A program made the translations under genes and the position numbers. 64,000 nt of DNA from Amphiscolops sp. MND2022 (taxonomy: Eukaryota): assembly GCA_964187785.1 (NCBI GenBank), contig OZ076417.1, positions 47,244,001 through 47,308,000 on the forward strand, in the 5' to 3' direction. This document shows positions 34,429 through 46,108 of this stretch, one piece after another. The first letter of the stretch is position 1. Every line of letters begins with the position of its first letter. The notes under the pieces are model-generated. The model saw only the letters and a program-made list of their open reading frames with translations, made no database searches and was not told the DNA's origin.

Positions 34429-37400
34429 AATCTCGCCGATAATTGTCATATCTTGATCTGTTAAATTGTGGAGAAGTTGTAGTTCTGTCATATCTGTATC
34501 GATCTCTAAAATGAAAACGACATCTATTTTGTGATAAAACGTGTCGATTTGTATTACTATGACGTGATGCACTTCTACTACGGTATCGATCAAGGGGTTC
34601 TGTAGGTTTATTCGTTCTGTATGAGGTATTTTCACGAGAAGAGCGAAAGTAGTGTACAAAAGATTTTTGTGGAGATTTAGATCTAGCATACTTGTCTCTT
34701 TTGTCTTCATCATCTTGTTGTTTTTTGAAACAAGCAGAGATGGAGTGGTTTCTTCTATGACAATATGAGCAATAATTTTTATATGCAGAATTGTGTTTGT
34801 AGTTGGGATCTTTGGGTTGTGTAAACATAAGTTGTTCAGGTTGTTGTATATCTAACATTTGTGATTGTTTTTGATTTGCAATAGAGCAATAGAAAAACCT
34901 TCGAGAGTAAGATCATGAGTGCGTATTTTATCGTTGGCTATATCTTCAGCGTCTATAGTTTCACAAATGTATGAAATGGTAATGAAGGTTCTAAAACAGT
35001 TGAAGAATGTTTCACTTGTCTTTTATTTGCGAAATCTTTAAGATCCTTTGGAAGACTTTTTGTGAAACTTTCATTACATTTTTACACCAGTCAAGCAAAG
35101 TGGCGTACTGTTTCATTATCCTTTTTGACAAGAGTTAGGGCTTCAACCTGTGAATAGTAGGCATTCTTCTGAGAAGAAAATTGTGTCCTAAAAGCTTGTA
35201 CAAAAGCAGACCAGACTTGTTTGTAGGTGTCATTTAAGTGAATGTACCAACTAAGAGCTGTACAAGTAAGAGAACATTGTATGAAAGCCATTCACCTACC
35301 GTGCCAAAAGTTATATTCATGAGGCGTTGTGGGTTGTAGACATAATGAAAACGTAACACGTGCTTCGATGTGTCGTAAACATTCTTCAGGTGTATATTTA
35401 TGATCTAGATCATCAAATGGTTTGATTGGTTCTTAGATAGAAGCAGAAGAGTTTGAATAAGTAGGATTTTAGACTGGTTGAGTACCCGGATGTGTTATAT
35501 GATAGTTTGAGTGTGAAGTATTTGTTTGTAAATAATTAAAGTTTGTTGGAATTTGTGACACAGGTATAAAGAATGAGTTAGTTCTAATGGAGGAGCTTTG
35601 TGGTACTGAAACAATATTATGTTGTATAGTGTTGTTTGATGTTACAGCTTGAGTATTGTGTACCGAAGAGGAGATAAAATTTTGAGTAGTATGCATATTT
35701 GTACTAGATACTTTACATTTTATTGGATTGGTAGGAATTGTTGGTCTTGGTGGTCTAGAAAGTGTTCCAGAAGTGACAACATTAGGAGGAGGATTTGTAT
35801 GTATCATATCAAGATCAAATGTGGATGGTGTATCTGTATCAGTGGTATTTTGTGCTGGAGTTAATGGATGCGATGAAACAGATGGACGTTCAGGAAAATG
35901 AGATTGAAATGTAAATATTGGGCGTGCATTAGTTATAAGACCATTAATGTTGGTTTGCGGGGCACTTGGTTGTTGAGATATGGAAGAAGAAGTACTTGTG
36001 TCGTATTCAGGTGGTGGAGGAGGATCTTAGTTTCTAGATGTTGTTAGTTGTAATTGTGGTTGTGTTATTGTGGATTTTGTTCTGTGCTAAGTTCTATCTT
36101 TTGTTCTTCAACACGTCTTACATGTACTAACAAGGCAGTTGAATCAGCTCTAAAAGGTATACTTTGAGTATCAAGAGTAGGAGTTGGGTTTTGAAGCTCA
36201 TCTTGATTATTATCGAAATTAGAATTTTCATTTGGTTGAAGTGACAATTTTTCAAGTTGTACATTCGGAGGTGGCTGTGTTTGGTTGGATTTGGTTGAGT
36301 TGTTTGTGGATTTTATTGTGGCTATTGAACTTGTGATTCAGAAGTATAAGAGAGAAGTTCATTTGGATCAATAATTTGAGTATTAGTGTCAGCAGGTGTT
36401 TCAATTGTAAGTATAATAGCATATGGCCGACTGTCGGATTTGTCAGAGTGTTCTACCAGGAAATAAATATCAAAAGTTAAAATGTCGAAACATCATATAT
36501 GAAGTTGTAAGGGATTGATATTAATATATAGTGAGTGTTTGAAATCATCTCTTATGATGAAAGGTAAAGAATCTATTTCATCAAAAGTTTGTGGGAAAGT
36601 AGTTTATTCAGATTGATCTTGTTGTACCCATAAGAGTTGATTGTTTATTCTAAAGAATATTAAAGGAATCTTGCAAAGACTTTAATTTGTGGTATAGTGT
36701 CATCATTAAGTGTAAGTTTCTGGGAGAAGTTGTATTCCAATTGTGTAATTTGTAATGTATCTTGTTGTAACCAGCAGTGAGGGTTATTATGTCTGGTCAC
36801 CTTGGTATCGATGTCAGGGACTTCAAAATATTAGTGTTTTTGCTGTAGGTTTTCTAATAATGAAGGACGATTTTCAGGTGTTTCTAAATTTTCATTGAAC
36901 TCTTCTAATTTGTTCATTTAATAATGAAAACTTCTTATATTTTTCTTCGTATGATTTGTGGATATATTTTTCTATCTGTTATAATTTCAACAGGGTTAAA
37001 ATGATTTGAAATTGTGTTTGTGATGGTGTTTTTTCATATGTTTTATATCGGATGTAATATAGATAAGAATCTAGGTGTTCTCTAAAAAACGGTTTGGTAT
37101 GTATGGAATGAGGTTCATTTTCAAAAGGTAATGGTTTTGTCTATTGATAATTGAGATTTTGTAACTATAGGTTTAATACAATGAGTAATTGAACGTACAT
37201 TACGAGTTGGTGGTGTACTACATTGAAAAATAGTAGGAAGCAATTTGTATATTGTTTTATAATCGTTTTGTATATAGTATGTACTATAAATTTGTATTTT
37301 TGTTAAATGTTAACGTAGTGTTGTAAGGTGGAAGAAATTGTATATTCTGTAATAAAATGTGTATGATAAGGGAAGAAATGATCAACAAAGAGGACTTGGA

Positions 37401-38835
37401 AGAAATTAGTAAAGATAAAAATCAGAAAGTGTATATATATGTTTTTTTATTTGTTTTATCGAAACGGGATGTATGATATGCCAAAAAGTCCAAAAAGAAG
37501 TAATAATGTGTTGAAATTCAAATGAGATTTGGAGTTTTAGAATTGTGGAATAAAAGGAATGAGAATGTGATCAAATCTTAAATCAAACTATAGCAACGAA
37601 GGCAAGAAGTTGAACCAAATGACTAAAATTATGCCAACAAAATTGTCTACAGCAAACATTTGACAGTGATATATTTGTTATATAAAACCTTTATAAAAAC
37701 TATTTTAGTCAATCTGTTATAAAAATATCATATATTGTTATATATCTGTTGTTATATATGTGATATCTACCAGTGTCTCTCTTTATGATTCTTAAAAAAG
37801 TGTTTTTGTGATATAGGATGAAGTACTGTATTGTTAGAAAAAGGTATAGTGATGTATGAAAAGAGTTTTAGAAAAGAAGATGGAGTATTATATGTATGCC
37901 TACTCAAAGAGTTGATCCAGACGGCTAGAACGAGTCTACTAGCAGGAATAGTCGGATATCACTTTGAAGAGAAACGTATCGCACGTCTGCGGTTGGAACG
38001 CGAAAAGAAAAAACCAACACAAATCACTGTTGTTGTGGTCAGAACGGAAAAGAAAGAGTCCAACACGAATCACGTTTCTGTGGTTGGAACGGAGAAAAAT
38101 TTTACTGACAGGTATTACGGGGGATACGTAGTCAGAACCATTAACTGACAGGAATTACGTTAAATACGCAGTCAGAACCATACCAACACGAATTAATGTT
38201 CCGTGAAAACTGGTTGGAACGATACATTAAAAGGTGTAGATTTTTCCAAGAGGAGGAGATACCGTGTGTCTGACAAAAAATATCGGATGAGAAAGTTGAA
38301 GAAACGTGTAGTGTAGGAGTAGCGTTGTGAAAAAAAAGTAGGTCAAAAACTTTCGTGATCGCACCAATTGTTCCGCTAAGACTTGGTGGGTATAGTTTTG
38401 GTATTTTCATAAGAAGTTACTTACGTCTTAAGCAGAGGCCGCTATCGATGTTGTGAGAGATCTCTTTCAATACTTAGCTAAGTCTTTGAGGTATACCTTT
38501 CTTTCACTAGTTCTAGACTGATACAAAACCCTATTGATAGATATAAGTAAACCCTGGGTAGGTATTAATTACGATATACGTCAAAAATATAATATAATCT
38601 AATTGTCATCAATAACTGTCTAGATGAAGTAGCATAGCTAAATCTGATATAGATTAGTGGGCTAATATCTAATTGGTGGAGCATTTACTAAATAGATCAA
38701 AGCATAGTAAGACCATTCACTAAATGACTTAAGTTAGCTTCTTTGGACAAGATGTCAACTGTCAAATTGTCAAAGAGAGAAAGTTCTAGAAAGTTTTATA
38801 AAGAAACTTTTGAGGTCATGTATCATGTCATCACA
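33742..38835 (-). mobile_element. 5' half of a gypsy element (D): LTR 38369-38835, PBS 38359-38366, leader repeats, ORF0, gag, protease
   Basis: Capsid PFDDLDHKYTPEECL..CSLTCTALSWY; knuckle YCSYCHRRNHSISAC (34730-34771); RS-rich region; protease ISFLLDS-ASILVLN; ORF0 PLPFENEPHSIHT..REHLDSYLYY. Confidence 0.85.
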
Positions 38836-39215
38836 CAAGCTGATATCTAGCATTGCACAGTCAGTCAATATTATTTAATGAACTTTTTGTCACAGGAACA
38901 AACACAAGAAGAACCTAAGATAGCACAAGAATCAAAGATCGAATATACCAAATCTTGAAGCAGTAGCCAACAACGGAAGAAGTACTCCGATGCAACGCTT
39001 GGGAAGTTCAAACAGTATTCAAAAAATGCAAAACTGATACAAACCAATTGCTAAGAAGGAATTGAAAGAAACAATTATTTACATTTTTCCCACATCAAGG
39101 AAATATACACAAAGCTTTCCTTCCGAAAATATATACGAAGGCAGCCACTATGTTATACAAAGTAGTCGTTATACAGAGATGTTACCATTTTACCAGTTGA
39201 ACCAAGAATTAGGTT

Positions 39216-40746
39216 TTACCAATTTTGTGTCTCTATAGCCCTATCGGGTTTATAGCCAAACCAAATACAACCTTCATTAAAAAAACTGGAGGCACAAATT
39301 TCAGAACTCCTACGATTCTGAAGTTCTCCATTCCTACATTCTTTACGGCTCCAACAATTTTCTTCTTGAAAAAATACAAACAGCGAAATTGGTTGTATTG
39401 AGTATTCTCCTACACGGAAAAATAAACAGAAACGATTTTGTGGAGGACACCAGAAATTGAAAGCTAGAATATTGGCTTGACTCGTACCGCTGGCGTTTAA
39501 TTTATTCTCTAGATCTTCACATTCAAGTTCCGGGATAACAATTGAAACAACTTGGTACTCTTTTTTCACACGAAAACAGAGTTCGTCGAATTGTTGTAAT
39601 TCTCTTCACGTAAGTTGTTTGTTGTGATCGTTTTTGGTAGCCTCGAAGTTCTAATTCCGAAATCAAAAATGTGTTCACAAAACAACGGAAAACGAAACCG
39701 GAACGGTCTAAATCGTCGCATCCGTTCAGGTGTCAAAAAAACGAAGTAGTTTTTTCCAAAACTCCTGTCAGTACTACAGGGGAAAAAGTCAATCAGGTCG
39801 ACCGTGTGACTCGGAAAAATAAAACTTTGATGTAACGTTTTTTCAACAAACTTTTCTTTCACCTTTGATGTCGAATTGTTACGTAATGCTCACAAGTGGC
39901 AGTTTATGCTCGTAACGCTTTGTAACGGCAAGCAAAAGTCGGTCGGTTAACACAATACTACAGGTGGAGGAACCTGTGGAATGGTTTTGTCATCGGGAAC
40001 AGGCGCCCATCGCCACAAGTCCATTTTGCCTACAGGATGAAATACGTTCTTGAGGCGGTGGGTGGGTCTCGTTTTGTCAGAATACCTATCAACCGGTCCT
40101 GGTCTTTCATCCTTAATATAAACGGGCATCTTTCTGGCTCTCTAAAGAACATCGTTTAACTAGTACATGAAAACAATGCCAAAACTAAGGTAGAATTCCC
40201 TTCTCAGAGGGAAGGAATAACGTCTAAAATCGCCAAAGGTAGTCCTCGAGATACAAAAAAACTGCTGCAACAGTGAATATACGTAGAAACACACATTAAA
40301 ACAGCAGAAGACGCATCTATAAGCTAGGTTTTCAAACACGGATTAATTTTTAAGCACAAGAGTTGCGGTTTTCGCAACTTGAGCTATCATTATGCTGAAA
40401 TCAAGAAAAACCTGCAAAAGAGTCTTTCCAGAGGTTTTCAGTCTCTGTGTGCCCTTAGGTCCTCGTATTCTCTGGGTTTGCGCCGTCTCTCGCTCAGTCT
40501 CTCGCGGTTTGCATTTCACCTAGTTTACCAAAATGGTGGAAACTGGAAAACGAGCAATGACATGCCCAACGCCACGTCACACAGCGAGTTCACCAAACTT
40601 CTGCAACAAACTCCAATAACAAAATAGACTGTATATTCGTATCCTAGAGGGTCGTTACAATTCGTTCCCGCTAAAAATCGAAGAAGGCTCTTGGGTTGAG
40701 GAATATTAAAAATGTTTGGCTCCTTGAATATGGACAAGAATCTCAT
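39216..40746 (-). pseudogene. Unknown ~250 aa coding sequence interrupted by the 39877-40659 insertion and one frameshift
   Basis: ORF pieces 40746-40660, 39874-39566 and 39569-39216; the first two join in frame after excision (..LAGTN-STSKVKEKF..). Confidence 0.35.
39877..40659. mobile_element. 783 bp TG...CA-bounded insertion (solo-LTR-like)
   Basis: Termini TGTTACG...CGTTACA; flanks cgaat / attcg, i.e. no 4-6 bp direct TSD. Confidence 0.5.
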
Positions 40747-41072
40747 ATTTTCAGACCAAGATCGCTCATATGCACAACGTATACCACAACCAGCCAGTAT
40801 TGAGCTTCCATTGGTGTATCATTACAAACTTCACTCTTCTCCTTGAGCATTTAGGTCTCTTCACTATTGACAACCCCAACACAACATTGAACTTTCTTCA
40901 GTTTCAATTATCACAAATCAACCATCTTCTTCATTTTTTTCAAATTTCTAAGCTAACCGTTTACTTCATTCACATTCAATACTGTTTCATAACCACCAAT
41001 TTTTGCCACTCATCATAATCACACGCTGCCTTCTGGAGCAACCCAATCACAGACACATACACACGTTTTTAC

Positions 41073-41123
41073 AATACAACCCCAACCCAATACAATCCCA
41101 ACCCGATACAATCCCAACCCAAT
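41073..41123 (+). repeat. Minisatellite (caatacaatcccaacc)x3
   Basis: Directly visible ~16-17 bp units. Confidence 0.8.
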
Positions 41124-41459
41124 GTTTTGAGATTCCTATGTTTGCCTCGTGTTAAGCATTTGCTATTCTTGAATTCCTCAAATCACTCACCATTGATAAG
41201 TTTGTCTCGCACCGTTCTTTTGTTTGAGGACTTGTCTGAACAGCTTAACTGTAATTCTTCCGTTGTTTAGCTGTCGTAGTTGCTCTGATGCAACCTCGAC
41301 GGAACTTTCTCAAGCGGATCGCTCTAAATGGGTATCGAGGAAACGCTATTACATGCTCGACTACTTCCTGCTCGAGCTGTATCTATTTCCTTTTTCAGCA
41401 ATTCGTATGGCTCTTGTCTTTCCATGTTTTGCATATCAACAACTTTTGTCACCTTTTGT

Positions 41460-41830
41460 AACAATAACAAGACGGGAACGTCCCAAGTCGGCGCCATATC
41501 TTAGGCTCAAAAATATTCAAGGAACAACTATTGTAAAAATTTGGAAAAAAAAATTTCAAAAAAAAAATTTTTGAATTTTTTTTCGAAAAAAGTATTTTTT
41601 AAGTCGCACAATGCCGAAAAACTCAAAAAGAGGCCATTCAGGCTCATTCAACGTTTTCTACAAACCGAAATTTTCAAAAAAATGCAAGGGGGTACCCTTT
41701 GATAAATTTCAAAAATTTTCGAAAAAAGTCGCATAGCATAGACCCTTTGGTCTCACCTGTACTTTTGGAAGCATTAAAAAATTTATGGTTTAGTGCGAGA
41801 ATCGAACCCACGCTCTCCGGCTGGGTCGAA
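41460..41830 (+). repeat. Interspersed repeat (aagtcggc..tatct.aggc..aaaa; aaaagtcgca.a.tgccgaaaa units) with a tRNA B-box-like end
   Basis: Related to 44590-44890 in opposite orientation; GGGTTCGATTC on the minus strand near 41800. Confidence 0.55.
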
Positions 41831-41984
41831 GATGGAAGATGAACAAATATGAAAATATGAAAGATGAACAAATTGTAAGAAAAGTGGACAACTCAGAGTG
41901 AGATTGTCAACTGAAAAAAAAACAAAAAAAAACTACTCACTGTAAGAGTCGGGCTTTTTTCCTTAAGGGAAAAGGCGCCGACTA

Positions 41985-44475
41985 AAAACATCGTCTAAAT
42001 GTCTACACAAATGAACAATCCATATTTACAAGTTGTAAATCCATTAAATTCTGGAATAGTTTGGTATTATTATTTGTCCGTATATTGCCGTTTTAAACGG
42101 TATGTACCGATTGATTTTCGGCATATAGTCTAAAAACTTCAGTGTTTTGTCGAAATTTCATCTAATGGAACCTGCCCCTATGTGTACTTTATGTCTGCCG
42201 ATAAACACAATACTTCTCCTTCTTTTCCGTCGATTTTTTCCGCGATCATGTCCGATAGATCATCTAGATTCGGCATTTGATACTTGTTGTTGCAATTGAG
42301 GTCTTCAGTGCGCGTGGGTCCAATGCTTCTTCAACTGGTCGATCTTTCTTCGCGGCTAATACTATCGGTTGTATAAAAACATAATCTTTCATGGTATTTA
42401 CTTTTTCAATGTGTCCCTGGTCTAATAAAATCTGTATTTCTTTATTTACTGGTTCTTGCAATTTTAATAAGATTCAACACCCTTTCTGCAGTGTAGCTCG
42501 CGTACCATCTTTCATCTCAATTTTAATTTAAAAACTGTTTTTTCTATCGCGTTATTTAAATACATTGGGAAACTCTTGAACTAATTGCTCCGCGTCCGGA
42601 CTTGAGCCTAACTTCCGATTCTTCACTTTCGCGGAATATGCTATTTACCGTGTTCTCACCTTTGGTGATTGGTTGTTCAATTTTGTACTTGTGCAGTAAG
42701 CCAATCACGTCCGACAATTGATTTTGCGCCTCTTTTCACGACCAGCACTCTAGCTTTGGACATCCTTGTCTTCCCCACTGGAATGCTCACAAACATATGC
42801 CCCAGCAAGTTTAGTGGGTGTCTGTTAAAATCTACAAATTTTTCGTTGTTGATCACTTCTCTGACGACGACCTAACGCTTTTCGATGATTCTTCTCACTT
42901 TGATGGTTGCCATTGATAGAATTGAAAGATCTCGTGTTGAATTTTGCCTTGAACTTGTTGCCACACACCACGCCTTCTATCATAAACTGCTCCACTCCTG
43001 GGCCATCCATTTGGAATACCAATTCGACCACATTGTCTGATTCTTCGGATACGTAGTTTACTCTTGAATTATTCTCTTGAATATTCTCTGCTTCATTTGC
43101 TTATTCCTTTTTGGGACATTTCTGGTTGCAGCATTTTTCCAACTGTCCAGTAATATTGCAGGTCTTGCATTTATGATTGGTGGCGGGGCATTTCTTTATA
43201 TATATATGGTCGATTGCAAATTTTCCCACTCGGCAAAGGAAACACACTCAAATTTTCACCCTGTCTACAGCACATACCGGTTCGTTCTTAATTGTCTCTT
43301 TCGAAACTCCTATGCTCATCGACTTTTGCCTCCCTATGCCTTCTTCGTAGGAAATGCTTGCACAGCATTTTTGAATCGTATATGGTTCTACACACAGTTT
43401 CTCCTGGACCTTTTTTTGTTCAATTTAAAAATGAAGACATCGTGCACCAATGCTTGGGTAATCTCCCCCAATTCACATTTTATACCAGGCCATTGAGCGC
43501 GTGCCAGAAATGCTGTGAAGACTTGCTTGGTTGTTGTTTACTGGACAGGAGCTTATGCCTATCTAACGTTCTATTCCACTCAAAGTGAAAGCAGTTTCCG
43601 CATCTCTCCATCATCTCTCGTGCTCGCAGTGTCCAGACTGACAGTTCAGGGTAATTGTCCTTAAACATTTTTCTCGCAAGTTCTCCTACATAGACAAAAA
43701 ACCATGTTACTACTTTCTTCTCCGCTGCTTCTTCTTGCATATCCCCGTCAGAGCTTTCGCCATGGGATGGTCCACATCCACAAATTTTGTGAGCTCCTCA
43801 ATTGATATCGAATATTTGGCCATGACAACCACAGTAAACAGATCTAGCCATCTTTTCCATTCTATTGCTGGAGATTTGATGACATGCTGTCAGTGGTTTT
43901 TGAACCGCTTCCCGAAATACTAGTACTATCTCTCACTAAATTCCTGATTTGAATTCAAATGAACATAACTTTCCTTGCCCATCTTCAAAACCCGAATCTA
44001 ATTCTCGAATTTCTAAAGACACTACACACCAAAACATTCACTAAGACTCTGAGCCAATTTTTACTGCGACTCGAATCAAAATATACAATCAAATCCACTG
44101 TTTTTATCATACCCGAGGTCCAGTTCCCAACCTTCCTCACCTACCTGGAAACAACATTAGTATTCAACACTATTTCCCCGTATCGCAGACACCACCCATG
44201 ATTTTGTGAACGTCACTCATGATTCCAACGTAACATTCACACCACCGTACATCTGTGTCATCGAATCGAAGGAATCACGCACATTATCCAGTTATAACTA
44301 TAAAGACTCACAAACTCTATATAATTTCTCTTAATGATAAAGTGAGGTAAAGTCCCTTATTTCGGCTAGTACCTAAACAAACGTAGTTTTCAATTCATGT
44401 CTACTGCTTATGTATTGACATAGACGTTCTACCTTCTGATCATTTATTTTCTGCCGTATTTTATCAGATAACATA
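41985..44475 (-). mobile_element. Truncated Ty3/gypsy element B (candidate LTR ~44200-44475, PBS TGGTGTCTGCG, gag, PR, RT N-half)
   Basis: gag NRTLDRHKLLSSKQQP..FWHALNGL; PR region EQFMIEGVVCGNKFKA; RT QEPVNKEI.LLDQGHIEKV..KYQMPNLDDL..GQVPLDE; truncated near a degenerate YxDD at ~41990. LTR limits uncertain. Confidence 0.75.
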
Positions 44476-44589
44476 ATGTATGTGTAGTGGACACTTTTTA
44501 CAGAACTACTAAACTACTGGACCGGCAACCGAAAACGCAACTAAGTTAAAGCAAAGGGCCCTTCTTTCATTTACTCCATTTTTAACGTT

Positions 44590-44890
44590 ACGATGCAAAA
44601 CCGGAGTAGAGGGTCACCCCTTTGATTTTTTTTTCGGCACTGTGCCACTTTTTTTGTCTCCAAAGGGTCCCCCTTTCAAAATTTTTTCATACTTTGCAAA
44701 AAACTGGACTTTCAAAAAGACCAAAGGTTACCTCCTTTTACAAACTTTGCGCTTTTTGGGCCTTAGATATAGTGCCGACTTTAGACGTTTTCGTTTTGTT
44801 CCTTCAATCGTTCACCTTCCTGTTTTTGAGCTGGCTATAAAACAGTTCGTTCTTATTGTGTGGAATTGTCGCACCAGTTAAAGTACCGTT
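44590..44890 (-). repeat. Interspersed repeat of the same family as 41460-41830
   Basis: tttttcggcactgtg.cactttttt and ccttagatatagtgccgacttt blocks. Confidence 0.6.
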
Positions 44891-45394
44891 TAATAGAACG
44901 CTCTTTTCAGATGATGAATAAATTACGAATTTCAAGATGGTTGGTACAATAAAAAAGAGCTGAAATGAATGGTCTTATAAAAATCAACATGAGTGAAAAA
45001 GATTATATTATATTATAAAGATGTTTATTGTGATTGGTTAATACAGCTAATAGAATGTAATTCCTCACTAAACTAGCTTAGTAGAGGTGATTATCCAGGG
45101 TGAATAGGCTAATAAAGCCGCATCATTAGTAACGACCCGTCGCTCCGCTTCGCTCGAGCATTCAAGGCACTAAAGCTATATGACCATACCTGACTACGTT
45201 ATTGTAATTTCCCATCAGTTTTATTTTGTTTTCAGTGTTTATTCCTTTGGGTGTTTGTTCTGAACACTTTTCCTGGTGCGCATCGTTATTTTAAATATAT
45301 AGCACTACAATCAACACAACCACCTCAATCATCAAGTAGTGGCTCGTGAAACACCTGAGTGAAATTGTCCAGTAAACAATAAACATTCCAGATT

Positions 45395-46108
45395 TTGCCA
45401 GATCATAAAATGTACACCACAAAGACCCAGTCTCCCCTACTTTCCTCGCCAAGAGCATTTTATACCGACGAGCCGTGCAACCTCAATCTTTTCACTGTGA
45501 TGGACGAGATGTTTTACAACATAATGCACAGCAAATTGGGATTGTCGACTTGGCTCAGCATCCAAAGTATCTTGATGAACACTCTCCTTCTTACGTTTCT
45601 GGTTTCAACACCCGAGTTCCGATCCTGGCAATTTTTTCCTTTAATGATGCAAGCAACCATCGATATCGTAGGTCCAGGTGTTGCGAATCTGGTCTATGAG
45701 TGGCAAATTTTTAAATATTTGCCAGTGTTGAAGAAAAAATAATCGAACACTTAGGATGTAGTCCAGCTTATATTCACAACTCGAACGACATATTGACAAT
45801 CTATGGAACTCTTGAGTGTCTAATCATGAATTTGAGATGTCTTCTGAACGAATATAGTACTGGGTTTTGTCTACTAGCAGTATCGTTGTATCGGTACCTG
45901 CTAGTTTGTCACCCGACTTTTACAGTAAACCAAAGATTTTACAAAACTGTTGCTGGGCTTCTTGTAAGCATTCTTATTCTATCCGTTATGGGTAGTTTTT
46001 TTCATATCATTTACCTCAAAGAGTACGGGGATGTTCGCAATACAGAGTGGGGTCCTGATCATTATGGTTCTGCTTATGCACCAGCGTTATCCAAGTTTGT
46101 GCAAGAGA
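45395..46108 (+). pseudogene. Class A GPCR-like N-terminal half (TM1-TM4, ECL2); one frameshift; truncated
   Basis: TM1 SIQSILMNTLLLTFLV, TM2 FFPLMMQATIDIVGPG, TM3 CLLAVSLYRYLLVCHP (DRY-position YRY), TM4 VAGLLVSILILSV; frameshift in the A-run at 45731-45739. Confidence 0.75.

Noticed and set aside
28764-38835. Single mobile element with inverted LTRs
   Set aside because: No convincing TSD (cgaag vs caagc), and the two LTRs/ORF0s belong to clearly diverged subfamilies.
39877-40659. Intron in the minus-strand ORF
   Set aside because: GT is present near the 5' end but there is no AG at the 3' boundary.
41785-41830. tRNA gene
   Set aside because: Only a B-box/T-arm-like stretch; no D-arm, anticodon arm or acceptor stem could be folded. 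Its 3' text does not match the TGGTGCGA PBS.
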